Shown: positions 55,320 to 64,000 of the stretch, in pieces
Layout of the letters: every line of letters begins with the position of its first letter
Position numbering within the stretch: position 1 is the stretch's first letter
Source: Candidatus Humimonas hydrogenitrophica
GTDB lineage: Bacteria > Gemmatimonadota > Gemmatimonadetes > Palauibacterales > Palauibacteraceae
DNA: 64,000 bases
Direction of reading: 5' to 3'
Assembly (NCBI GenBank): GCA_947581615.1
Contig: CANPVD010000053.1
Span: 89,737 to 153,736 of the forward strand
Position numbers and translations under genes: made by a program
Notes under the pieces: generated by a model
Told to the model about the DNA's origin: nothing
Database searches by the model: none
What the model saw: only the letters and a program-made list of their open reading frames with translations

Positions 55320-56785
55320 TGCCCGACTGGGTCATCATCCTGGGCGTGACGTTGGGCTACCTCCTGGCCTCGCTGCTCGTCGGACTGGCCTCGGGAGGCG
55401 AGGCGTCGAAGACCACCGAGGGTTACGTGGCCGGCGACCGGTCGCTGGGCTTCGTGATCCTCTACTTCATCATGGGCGCCTCCATCTTCAGCGCCTTCGC
55501 CTTCCTGGGGGGTCCGGGCTGGGCGTACTCGCGGGGCGCCGCGGCCTTCTACATCCTGGCCTACGGTACGGTCGGCCTCGTGCCCTGGTACTTCTTCGGG
55601 CCGCGCATCGCCCGGCTCGGACGCCGGCGGGGCTACGTGACCCAGGCCGAGCTGTTCGCCGACCGCTTCCAGAGCGCCGGGCTGTCGGGCCTGCTGGCCG
55701 TGGTGTCGCTGGTGGGCTTCATCCCCTACCTCATGCTGCAGATGACGGGGGCGGGCTACGTGTTCAGCGTGGTGACGGGCGGGAGGATGCCGGTGTGGGC
55801 GGGGGCGCTGCTCGCCTACGGCGTGGTCCTGATCTACGTGTTCCGGAGCGGCGTCATGGGGGTGGGCTGGACGAACACCTTCCAGGGCATCTTCATGATG
55901 GCGCTGGCCTGGGGCCTGGGCCTCTACCTGCCCCACCGACTGTACGGGGGCGTGGGCCCCATGTTCGACGCGATCGCGAAGGCGGCGCCGAAGATGCTCC
56001 AGGCCCCGGGCCTGGGAGCCGACGGCCATCCGTGGAGCTGGGGCGCCTACTCGAGCGCGGTGGCCATCTCGGTGCTCGGCTTCGGCGTGTGGCCCCACAC
56101 CTTCATGAAGATCTACACGGCGCGCAGCGAGCGGACGCTCAAGCGGACGATCGTGTGGTATCCGACCTTCCAGATGTTCCTGGTGCCGATCCTGTTCATC
56201 GGCTTCTCGGGGGTCCTGGCCTTCCCGGGGGTCCATCCCGCGGACAAGATCCTCCCGACGGTGGTCACCTCGATCGGGCTCCCCCCGGTGGTGGTCGGCC
56301 TGTTCTGCGCCGGGGCCCTGGCGGCCTCGATGTCGACCGGGGACGCGCTCCTGCACGCCGCGGCCTCGGTGACGATCAAGGACCTGTGGCGCCCCCTGTT
56401 CCGGCCCGACCTGGCCGGCGACCGGGAGCGCAGGCTCATCCAGGGGCTCGTCATCCTCATCGGGGCCCTGGCCTACACGCTGGCCATCTTCGCCCACATG
56501 TCCCTGGTCGCGCTGCTCCTCCTGTCGTACGGCTTCATCGCGCAGTTCTTCCCGCTCCTGTGCGCGACCTTCCTGTGGCCCCGGGCCACGCGCGCCGGCG
56601 CCGTGGCGGGGTTGCTGGCGGGCTTCGTCGTCACGGTGATCTGGAACTTCGTGCCGGTCCTGCAGTGGCAGGGGATCCGCGCCGGCATCTGGGGGGTGGC
56701 CGCCAACGTGATCGTCATGGTGGTCGTGTCCCTGGCCACACCACCCATGGACGAGACGCACGTAGCGGCCTTCGTGGTGAGCTAG
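55319..56785 (+). CDS. Sodium:solute symporter
   Basis: YVAGDRSLG, FSAFAFLGGPG, ALAASMSTGD; about 13 TM segments. Confidence 0.92.
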   Translation: MPDWVIILGVTLGYLLASLLVGLASGGEASKTTEGYVAGDRSLGFVILYFIMGASIFSAFAFLGGPGWAYSRGAAAFYILAYGTVGLVPWYFFGPRIARLGRRRGYVTQAELFADRFQSAGLSGLLAVVSLVGFIPYLMLQMTGAGYVFSVVTGGRMPVWAGALLAYGVVLIYVFRSGVMGVGWTNTFQGIFMMALAWGLGLYLPHRLYGGVGPMFDAIAKAAPKMLQAPGLGADGHPWSWGAYSSAVAISVLGFGVWPHTFMKIYTARSERTLKRTIVWYPTFQMFLVPILFIGFSGVLAFPGVHPADKILPTVVTSIGLPPVVVGLFCAGALAASMSTGDALLHAAASVTIKDLWRPLFRPDLAGDRERRLIQGLVILIGALAYTLAIFAHMSLVALLLLSYGFIAQFFPLLCATFLWPRATRAGAVAGLLAGFVVTVIWNFVPVLQWQGIRAGIWGVAANVIVMVVVSLATPPMDETHVAAFVVS

Positions 56786-56803
56786 GGCCCGGTCCCCCCG
56801 CGG

Positions 56804-57997
56804 TCAGGCCTCCCCGCCGGCCGCCTTCCAGGCCATCGGCCACGCCCGGGCCAGCGCCTCGTCGATGTCGAGGGCCCGATCCAGCGCCGACAGCTGGATC
56901 GACTCCCGAACCGTGTGGGCGAGCGCCTCGTCGCCGGGCCCGATGCCGATCACGGTGGAGCCGTGCGCCACGAAGTGCCCGCCGTCGGTGGCGAACTTCC
57001 ACAGGCCCACGGGCGGCCGCGACCCGATCGCCCGCTCGAGGAGCTCCACGGCCGTGGTCACGGCGGGATCGGTGGCGGCGCGCACCCAGGACGGATTGAC
57101 GGCCGGCACCTCGCGCACCAGGCCCGTCCACGTCGTGTGCTCGACCGCCGGCACGAGGATCTCGGCCGAGGCGCCCGGGACCGCCGCGGCCGCCTCCTCG
57201 AGGGCCGGGGCGAGGAGGGAGCGCAGGATCTCGGGCGTCGTGTCGGGTCCCGTGCGCACATCCAGCGTGAGCCACACCTCCCCGGGAACCACGTTGCGGC
57301 TCACCTGGTCGGTCCGGACCAGCGTCGGCGCCACGGACGTGGGCCCGAGCTCGGGGTCCTCCGGGAGGGAGACCGAGGGGAGCCGCTCCAGGAAGCCGGC
57401 CACCACGTACAGCGGGTTCACGCCGCGCTCGGGGACGCTGGCATGGACGCTCCGCCCGGTGGCGTGGAGCCGGAGCTCGGTCCGCCCCCGGTGCCCGCGC
57501 CGCAGCTCGTTGGAGCTGGGCTCGCCGATCACCACCAGGTCGGTGGCGAGGCGCTCGGCCAGGTGGCGGGCTCCAAGCCCCCCGATCTCCTCCTGGACGA
57601 CCGCGCTCACGTACACGTCGGACGGCGGGCGCGCTCCCTCGGCCAGAAGGCGGGCGACGCCGTGCACCTGGGCCGCGAGCGGGCCCTTGATGTCCACGGC
57701 CCCTCGGCCCCACACGCGGCCATCGGCGATCTCCCCGCCGAAGGGCGGATGGGGCCAGCGCTCCGGGTCCCCGACGCCGACGTGGTCCAGGTGGGTGTTG
57801 AACATGAGCGACGGCCGTCGCGCCTCTCCGCGCACCAGGCCGACCACGTTGCCGACCTCGTCCACCGACACCTCGTCGTAGCCGAGCGCCTCCATCTCGT
57901 CCCGCACCACGGCCGCCGTCCCCTCCTCCTCGCCCGGCAGCCCGGGCGTCCGGATGAGCCGCTGCAGGAAGTCGACGGTCCGATCCCGATCGGGCAT
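56804..57997 (-). CDS. M20 family metallohydrolase (ArgE/DapE-like)
   Basis: NTHLDHV, GRGAVDIKG, QEE, GEPS, GRSVHAS, ATDG, AHT. Confidence 0.9.
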   Translation of the reverse strand: MPDRDRTVDFLQRLIRTPGLPGEEEGTAAVVRDEMEALGYDEVSVDEVGNVVGLVRGEARRPSLMFNTHLDHVGVGDPERWPHPPFGGEIADGRVWGRGAVDIKGPLAAQVHGVARLLAEGARPPSDVYVSAVVQEEIGGLGARHLAERLATDLVVIGEPSSNELRRGHRGRTELRLHATGRSVHASVPERGVNPLYVVAGFLERLPSVSLPEDPELGPTSVAPTLVRTDQVSRNVVPGEVWLTLDVRTGPDTTPEILRSLLAPALEEAAAAVPGASAEILVPAVEHTTWTGLVREVPAVNPSWVRAATDPAVTTAVELLERAIGSRPPVGLWKFATDGGHFVAHGSTVIGIGPGDEALAHTVRESIQLSALDRALDIDEALARAWPMAWKAAGGEA

Positions 57998-58149
57998 GGT
58001 CCTCCTCGTGTCCGTGTGTCGGCGCCGTTCCCGGGGCCCAACCTACGCCCCGCCCCGTCCCGGCGCCTCGTTGCGCGCCCCTCGGTCGGGGTCCTAGCAT
58101 CCCGGACCCGCGAACCCCGGATGGAGAACCTCTTTCGATGGGATCCGAG

Positions 58150-60063
58150 ATGACCCGCCTCACCCTTCTCCTGTGCGCCCTGGGCCTCGTGTGCCCGCCG
58201 GCCGCCGCCGTGGCGCGGGCGCCGACCGCCACGCCGCCGCCCGACACGACGCCGGCGAGCGTGACGCCCTCCTCCGCCGCTCCGCCGGTGCGCTACGAGA
58301 TCCGCTTCCCGAACGCCGCCCACCACGAGGCCGACGTGAGCGTCACCTTCTCCGGCCTCGGGTCCGCGCCGCTCGAGCTGCAGATGAGCCGCTCCTCGCC
58401 CGGTCGCTACGCCCTGCACGAGTTCGCCAAGAACGCGTACGGGCTGGCCGCCGCCGGACCGGACGGCGGGGCGCTGCCCGTGGAGAAGGTCACCCCCTCC
58501 CGCTGGCGGGTGTCGCGGCACGGCGCCTCCGTCACCGTGCGCTACACGCTGTTCGGGGACCACGCGGACGGCACCTACCCGGGCATCGACCGCACCCACG
58601 CGCACCTCGACATGCCGGCCGTCTTCCTGTACGCCCGCGGGCTGGAGGACCGGCCGATCGAGGTCACCTTCCGCCTCCCGGAGGGTTCCGGCTGGAAGGT
58701 GGGCACGCAGCTCGCGCCCACCTCCGACCCGCAGCGCTTCACCGCCCCCGACCTCCAGTACTTCATGGACAGCCCCACCGAGCTGTCCGACTTCGACGAG
58801 CGCGCCTGGCGCGAGCCCTCGGGGGACACCGCCTACACGATCCGGCTGTTCGTCCACCAGCGGTGCTCGAAGGAGGACCTGGACCGCTACGAGTCCATGG
58901 TGAAGCGGATCGTCCGGGAAGCGAAGGCCGTGTTCGGGGAGCTGGCGCCGTACGACTACGGCACCTACACCTTCCTGGCCGGCTACCTGCCCTGGGTGCA
59001 CGGGGACGGCATGGAGCACCGGAACTCCACCTTCCTGACCAGCACCCGGCCCCTGGCCGACTCCGCCGACGCGGTGCGAAACCTGGGCGCCCTGGCCCAC
59101 GAGTTCTTCCACTCCTGGAACATGGAGCGCATCCGCGACCGGGCCATCGAGCCCTTCGACTTCTCCCGGGTGGACATGTCGGGGCTGCTGTGGTTCGGCG
59201 AGGGATTCACACAGTACTACGGGCAGGTCGTCATGGAGCGCGCCGGCTTCACCGCCCGGAAGGACTACCTGGCGAGCCTGGCCCGCACGCTCGACTACGT
59301 GATCGACTCGCCGGGCCGGCGCTTCCGGGGCCCGATCGGGATGAGCCGCTACTCCCCCTTCGTGGACGCGGCCCGGTGGGTGGACCGCACGAACGCGCCC
59401 AACACGTTCATCTCCTACTACAGCTACGGCGCGGTGCTGGCCCTGGGGCTCGACCTGGAGCTCCGCACCCGCTACCACCTCACGCTCGACGACTACATGC
59501 GGGCGATGTGGAAGCGCTACGGCCTCACCGGCACCCCGTACACGCTGGACGGGCTGCGGGCGACCCTGGGGCGGGTCACGGGCGACACGGCCTTCGCGCG
59601 GCGCTTCTTCGCCGAGGACATCGAGGACAGTCATCTGCCCGACTTCGCCGCGCTCCTGGGCCGGGCGGGGCTGCTGCTGCGCCCGGCGCACCCGGACCGG
59701 GCCACGCTGGGCAGCGCCCGCCTCGAACCGGGCGACGGCGGAGTCCGCGTCGGCTCGGGCACCCTGATCGGCAGCCCGCTCTACACCGCGGGGGTCGACA
59801 TGGGTGATGTGATACATGAGATCGACGGACATAGAACCATGTCTTCACAAGATATCCATGAAGTCATTGCCTCCCATTCGCCGGGAGACAGCGTCACCCT
59901 CGTGTACGCCGCGCGCGACGGGCGGCACCGGGCTCGGGTGGCCCTCACCGCGGACCCCGCCCGCGAGATCGTCCCGTTCGAGGAGGCCAGGCGGCCGGTC
60001 ACGGACACCATGCGACGGCTCCGGGAATCCTGGCTGGGGTCGGAGGTCTCCGGGGGCTCGTGA
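58150..60063 (+). CDS. M61 glycyl aminopeptidase family protein with PDZ domain
   Basis: SSPGRY, MDSPTE, GMEHRNST, HEFFHSWN.ERIR, LWFGEGFT.YY, SYYSYG. Confidence 0.92.
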   Translation: MTRLTLLLCALGLVCPPAAAVARAPTATPPPDTTPASVTPSSAAPPVRYEIRFPNAAHHEADVSVTFSGLGSAPLELQMSRSSPGRYALHEFAKNAYGLAAAGPDGGALPVEKVTPSRWRVSRHGASVTVRYTLFGDHADGTYPGIDRTHAHLDMPAVFLYARGLEDRPIEVTFRLPEGSGWKVGTQLAPTSDPQRFTAPDLQYFMDSPTELSDFDERAWREPSGDTAYTIRLFVHQRCSKEDLDRYESMVKRIVREAKAVFGELAPYDYGTYTFLAGYLPWVHGDGMEHRNSTFLTSTRPLADSADAVRNLGALAHEFFHSWNMERIRDRAIEPFDFSRVDMSGLLWFGEGFTQYYGQVVMERAGFTARKDYLASLARTLDYVIDSPGRRFRGPIGMSRYSPFVDAARWVDRTNAPNTFISYYSYGAVLALGLDLELRTRYHLTLDDYMRAMWKRYGLTGTPYTLDGLRATLGRVTGDTAFARRFFAEDIEDSHLPDFAALLGRAGLLLRPAHPDRATLGSARLEPGDGGVRVGSGTLIGSPLYTAGVDMGDVIHEIDGHRTMSSQDIHEVIASHSPGDSVTLVYAARDGRHRARVALTADPAREIVPFEEARRPVTDTMRRLRESWLGSEVSGGS

Positions 60064-61139
60064 GCCTCGACCTCCGGCACGACGTCCCGCTGGCGCCGCT
60101 CACCACCCTGGGGCTGGGAGGCCCGGCCACGCACCTGGTCGACGCCGCGGACGCCGCCGGCCTCAGGGAGGCCCTCGACTGGAGCCGGAGCCGGGACCTG
60201 CCCGTCCTCCTGCTGGGCGGCGGGAGCAACCTGGTCCTCCCCGACGCGGGCTACCGGGGTCTGGTGCTCCGGACGCGCGTCCCCGGCCTGGCGTTCGAGG
60301 CCCGGGCGGGAAGGGTCGTGGTCCGGGCGGGGGCCGGCGTCCCGTGGGACGAGGTCGTGCGGGCCTCCGTCGAGCGCGGCCTGGCGGGCATCGAGTGCCT
60401 GTCCGGGATCCCGGGATGGTGCGGGGCGGCGCCCGTGCAGAACATCGGGGCGTACGGCCAGGAGCTGGCCGAGACCCTGGTGGCCGTGACGGCCTACGAC
60501 CGGGACGGCGGGGAGGTCGTGCGCCTTCCCTCCGCCGCGTGCGGCTTCGGCTACCGGAACAGCCGCTTCAAGTCCGCCGACCGCGACCGCTTCGTGATCC
60601 TCTCCCTCTCCCTCGCCCTCGCGCCGGACGCCCGTCCGCGACCGCGCTACCCGGAGCTGGCCGACGCCGTGGCGCGCGAGGCCGACCTCGCCGCGCTGTC
60701 GCCCGGGGAGGCCCTGCGGCTGGTGCGGGAGCGCGTCCTGGCCCTGCGGCGCGCCAAGTCCATGGTGATCGACCCGGACGACCCCGACACCCGCTCGGCA
60801 GGCTCCTTCTTCCTCAACCCGGTGCTCGGCGCCCGCGCCTTCGACGGCCTGGTCGAGAGGCTCGCGGACCACGGCATCTCGGCCCCGGTCCCATCCTATC
60901 CCGCTCCCGGCGGCGTGAAGGTCCCGGCGGCGTGGCTCGTCGAGCGCGCCGGCTTCCACAGAGGCCAGCGGCACGGTGGCGTCGGAATCTCGTCGGCCCA
61001 CGCCCTGGCCCTCGTCAACCGGCACGGCACCACCGCGGAGCTGCTCGAGCTCGCGGTGTCCATCCAGGACGCGGTGGAGCGCATCTCGGGCCTGAGGCTG
61101 GAGATCGAGCCCACCATCGTGGAGAGTCCACCCGCCTGA
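60060..61139 (+). CDS. murB: UDP-N-acetylmuramate dehydrogenase
   Basis: LGGGSN, GIPG..GAAPVQNIGAYG, FGYRNSRFK, SAGSFFLNP, HALALVN. Confidence 0.95.
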   Translation: MSLDLRHDVPLAPLTTLGLGGPATHLVDAADAAGLREALDWSRSRDLPVLLLGGGSNLVLPDAGYRGLVLRTRVPGLAFEARAGRVVVRAGAGVPWDEVVRASVERGLAGIECLSGIPGWCGAAPVQNIGAYGQELAETLVAVTAYDRDGGEVVRLPSAACGFGYRNSRFKSADRDRFVILSLSLALAPDARPRPRYPELADAVAREADLAALSPGEALRLVRERVLALRRAKSMVIDPDDPDTRSAGSFFLNPVLGARAFDGLVERLADHGISAPVPSYPAPGGVKVPAAWLVERAGFHRGQRHGGVGISSAHALALVNRHGTTAELLELAVSIQDAVERISGLRLEIEPTIVESPPA

Positions 61140-61275
61140 TCGGACCGACCGCGACGCCGGGCTGTACAGACGGTGCCGGCCCCTGTTCACTTGTGGCCGG
61201 GTCGGACCCGCCGGTACGGCCGCACAGGCCGTCGCGCGGCGGGCAGGCGTTTCACCAGGAAGCGGCTCACCAGGC

Positions 61276-63429
61276 ATGAACGACCACAACCTCGAACGTC
61301 CCCGACTCCCGGAGCCGATCTCCGGCCTCTGGGAGATCGCCATGAACCTCTCCTGGCGCTGGAATCCGCGCGCCCGGTACCTGTTCCGGAGGCTGGATCG
61401 GCCGCTGTGGCACCGGACCCGGCACAATCCGGTCGCCATCCTGCAACGGGTCGACCCCGGGCGCCTCGCGCGCCTGGCCGAGGACGCCGACTTCCGCCGT
61501 CTACACGACGAAGTGCTGGCCACCTGCCGCCGCGAGGAGTCCCGCGAGGGCACCTGGATGGCGGCCGAGCATCCCGAGTTCGGGGACCGCCCGGTGGCCT
61601 ACTTCTGCGCCGAGTTCGGGCTCCACAACTCCGTCCCCATCTACTCGGGCGGCCTCGGCGTCCTGGCGGGAGACCACTGCAAGGCGGCCTCGGACCTGGG
61701 CGTGCCCCTGGTGGGCGTGGGGCTCCTGTACGTGAAGGGGTACTTCGACCAGACGATCCGGCTGGACGGATGGCAGGAGGACATGGAAGCGGCCTTCGAC
61801 CCGGCCTCGACGCCCCTCGTGCCGGTCCCCGGACCGGACGGAGGCCGGGTGGTCGCCCGGCTCGAGGTCAACGGCCACGACCTGGCCATCGGAGCCTGGA
61901 AGCTCCGCGTGGGCCGCGTGCCCATCTACCTCCTGGACACGGAGCTGGAGGAGAACCGGCCGGAGGACCGTCAGCTGGCCAGCCGGCTGTACCCGGGCGG
62001 CCGCCTGGAGCGCCTCCAGCAGGAGTGGATCCTGGGCGCCGGCGGGGTCCGGGTGCTGCGTGCCGTGGGCGTGGACCCCGCGGCGTGGCACGCGAACGAG
62101 GGCCACGCCGCGTTCATGCTCCTGGAGCGCGTTCGCGAGCGCATGGAGCGTGGCTCCACGTGGGAGGAGGCGGTCGAGCGTGTCCGCGCCACGAGCGTGT
62201 TCACCACCCACACGCCCGTGCCTGCGGGCCACGACATCTTCCCGCTCGAGCAGGTCGAGGCCTGCGCCACGAGGCTCCTGGACACGCCGGGCATGAGCCC
62301 CGCGCGACTGGCCGAGCTCGGGCGGGGCCTCGAGGGGCCCGGCGGCTTCCACATGACGGCGCTCGCCATCCGCCTGTCGGGCGGCCTCAACGGCGTGTCG
62401 GAAACGCACGGGCGGGTGACGCGGAGGATGTGGCACCCCCTGTGGCCCGGCCGCTCCGTGGAGGACGTCCCCGTCGGACACATCACCAACGGTGTACACC
62501 TGTCGACCTGGATGTCCCATTCCCTCATGGAGTTCCTGGACGGCCACCTCGGGGCCGGCTGGGTGCATCGGCTCGCCGACCCGGCCCTGTGGGATGCGGT
62601 CCGCGGGCTGGACGACGAGGGCCTGTGGCGCGTGCACAAACGGCGCAAGGAGACCCTGCTCGCCTTCGTGCGCGAGCAGGCCCGCCACCGGTGGGCCGAG
62701 CACTGGGGGGACAGCGGGCACCTCGTCGGCGCGGGTACCCTCCTGTCTCCCGACGCGCTCACGATCGGCTTCGCGCGCCGCTTCGCCGAATACAAGCGCG
62801 CCGACCTCCTCTTCCGGGACGCCGACCGGCTGCGCCGGCTGGTCACCGACCCGCGCCGACCCGTCCAGGTGGTGTTCGCCGGAAAGGCGCACCCGGCGGA
62901 CGACCAGGGAAAGCGCATCCTGCAGCGCGTGTACGAGGCGGCCCGGGACCCGGGGTTCGAAGGCCGCATCGCCTTCCTGGAGGACTACGAGCTGCACATG
63001 GCCCACCGCCTCGTCCAGGGCGTCGACCTGTGGCTCAACCTCCCGCGCCCGCCCCTGGAGGCGTGCGGGACGAGCGGCATGAAGGCTGCGCTGAACGCGG
63101 TGCCACAGCTCGGCACATGCGACGGTTGGTGGGCCGAGGGCTACGAAGGCTCGAACGGCTGGCAGATTCCCCTCGCCCCGGACGAGGAGGACGTCGACGC
63201 GTGGGACGCACGGCACCTGTACGAGCTCCTGGAGGAGCGGGTCGTTCCGCTGTACTACGAGGGCGAGCACCACGCCGCTCCACGCGGCTGGGTCGCGGTC
63301 ATGAAGGAGGCCCTCCGCGTCGGCGGAAGCCGTTTCACCGCGCGCCGGATGGTCCGCGAGTACGTGTCGGACTACTACATCCCCGCCCGGAGAGGCACGC
63401 CCGACGGTCTGCCGGTCGAGGCCGGTTGA
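61276..63429 (+). CDS. glgP: Alpha-glucan phosphorylase
   Basis: YSGGLGVLAGD, NEGHAAF, FTTHTPVPAGHD, ARRFAEYKR, EACGTSGMKAALN. Confidence 0.95.
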   Translation: MNDHNLERPRLPEPISGLWEIAMNLSWRWNPRARYLFRRLDRPLWHRTRHNPVAILQRVDPGRLARLAEDADFRRLHDEVLATCRREESREGTWMAAEHPEFGDRPVAYFCAEFGLHNSVPIYSGGLGVLAGDHCKAASDLGVPLVGVGLLYVKGYFDQTIRLDGWQEDMEAAFDPASTPLVPVPGPDGGRVVARLEVNGHDLAIGAWKLRVGRVPIYLLDTELEENRPEDRQLASRLYPGGRLERLQQEWILGAGGVRVLRAVGVDPAAWHANEGHAAFMLLERVRERMERGSTWEEAVERVRATSVFTTHTPVPAGHDIFPLEQVEACATRLLDTPGMSPARLAELGRGLEGPGGFHMTALAIRLSGGLNGVSETHGRVTRRMWHPLWPGRSVEDVPVGHITNGVHLSTWMSHSLMEFLDGHLGAGWVHRLADPALWDAVRGLDDEGLWRVHKRRKETLLAFVREQARHRWAEHWGDSGHLVGAGTLLSPDALTIGFARRFAEYKRADLLFRDADRLRRLVTDPRRPVQVVFAGKAHPADDQGKRILQRVYEAARDPGFEGRIAFLEDYELHMAHRLVQGVDLWLNLPRPPLEACGTSGMKAALNAVPQLGTCDGWWAEGYEGSNGWQIPLAPDEEDVDAWDARHLYELLEERVVPLYYEGEHHAAPRGWVAVMKEALRVGGSRFTARRMVREYVSDYYIPARRGTPDGLPVEAG

Positions 63430-63433
63430 CCGC

Positions 63434-64000
63434 GTGAGGCCGACTCCGCGAGTCGTCCACCTGGTGGCGGAGTACTGGCCCTACGCCCAGACCGGGGGCC
63501 TGGCGGAGGCCGTGCGCGGCCTCGCCGTCCACCAGGCCCGCTCGGGCATGCGCGTCACCGTCGTCCTCCCCCTGTACCGGGGGGTCCGCGAGGGCCCGGC
63601 CACGCTGGAGCCCGTGGGCCCGGCCGCCCCGCTGACCCTCGGCGGCGAGCAGCGAACGGTTCGGGTGTGGCGCGCCACCGGCGAGGCGGTCGAACCCGGC
63701 CCCGAAATCCTCCTCCTCGAGCACGACCCGTTCTTCGACCGCGACGGGCTGTACGGGGAAGGGGGCGCGGACTATCTCGACAACGCTCTGCGCTTCGCGC
63801 TGTTCGGTCGCGCCGCGGCGGAATGCGTCGTGGCCCCGAGAGCCGCGGAGCCCGGAGGGGAGCCGGTGGTCGTCCACGTACACGACTGGCACGCCGCCCC
63901 TGCACTGCTGTACTTGCCCGCCGGCACGGGGACGGACCGCGCGGCCCGTGTGCTGACCGTCCACAACGCCGCCTTCCAGGGCCGCTTCCGCATCGACCTC
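63434..64000 (+). CDS. glgA: Glycogen synthase (3'-truncated by window edge)
   Basis: Manual translation from GTG 63434: HLVAEYWPYAQTGGLAE, LPLY, DYLDNALRFA, HVHDWH, TVHNAAFQG; follows glgP. Confidence 0.88.
   Translation, partial: MRPTPRVVHLVAEYWPYAQTGGLAEAVRGLAVHQARSGMRVTVVLPLYRGVREGPATLEPVGPAAPLTLGGEQRTVRVWRATGEAVEPGPEILLLEHDPFFDRDGLYGEGGADYLDNALRFALFGRAAAECVVAPRAAEPGGEPVVVHVHDWHAAPALLYLPAGTGTDRAARVLTVHNAAFQGRFRIDL

Noticed and set aside
229..63993. Many long alternative-frame and antisense ORFs (e.g. 229-2169, 34111-36723, 50681-53479, and most of 46609-49674)
   Set aside because: Arg/Pro/Gly/Ala-rich shadow ORFs expected at this GC content; they overlap genes with clear motifs.

Overview
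High-GC (roughly 70-75%) bacterial chromosomal window. Gemmatimonadota affinity is an inference from the protein styles (Ser/Thr kinase, tandem barrel-less plug proteins, glgA), not a tested assignment. No CRISPR, transposase, integrase or rRNA was seen. (1) 1-11.5 kb: the end of a large electron-transfer operon with a beta-barrel protein, four multiheme c-type cytochromes (16, 9, 21+1 and 11 heme motifs, about 58 in total), a Rieske-like protein and cytochrome b that have together lost the [2Fe-2S] ligands, Tat motif and PEWY motif, a split CbcL-type c/b pair, and a B12-binding radical SAM gene. (2) 14.6-15.9 kb: an ECF sigma factor coupled to a protein that fuses a zinc anti-sigma domain to an O6-alkylguanine alkyltransferase. 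(3) 16-22.4 kb: an iron module (feoB, Cys-rich feoA, Cyc2-type cytochrome-porin, monoheme cytochrome, cupredoxin, diheme lipoprotein) with a recurring candidate operator. (4) 22.7-64 kb: mostly housekeeping and peptide or amino-acid scavenging genes, including a kinase/PP2C pair, a secreted RidA, a BNR protein with a ubiquitin-like partner, tRNA-Ser, lepB, peptidases, GNAT with NSAR/OSBS, hutUIF, transporters, murB, glgP and glgA. Product calls come from motif recognition by eye; start codons were re-picked manually and are approximate.
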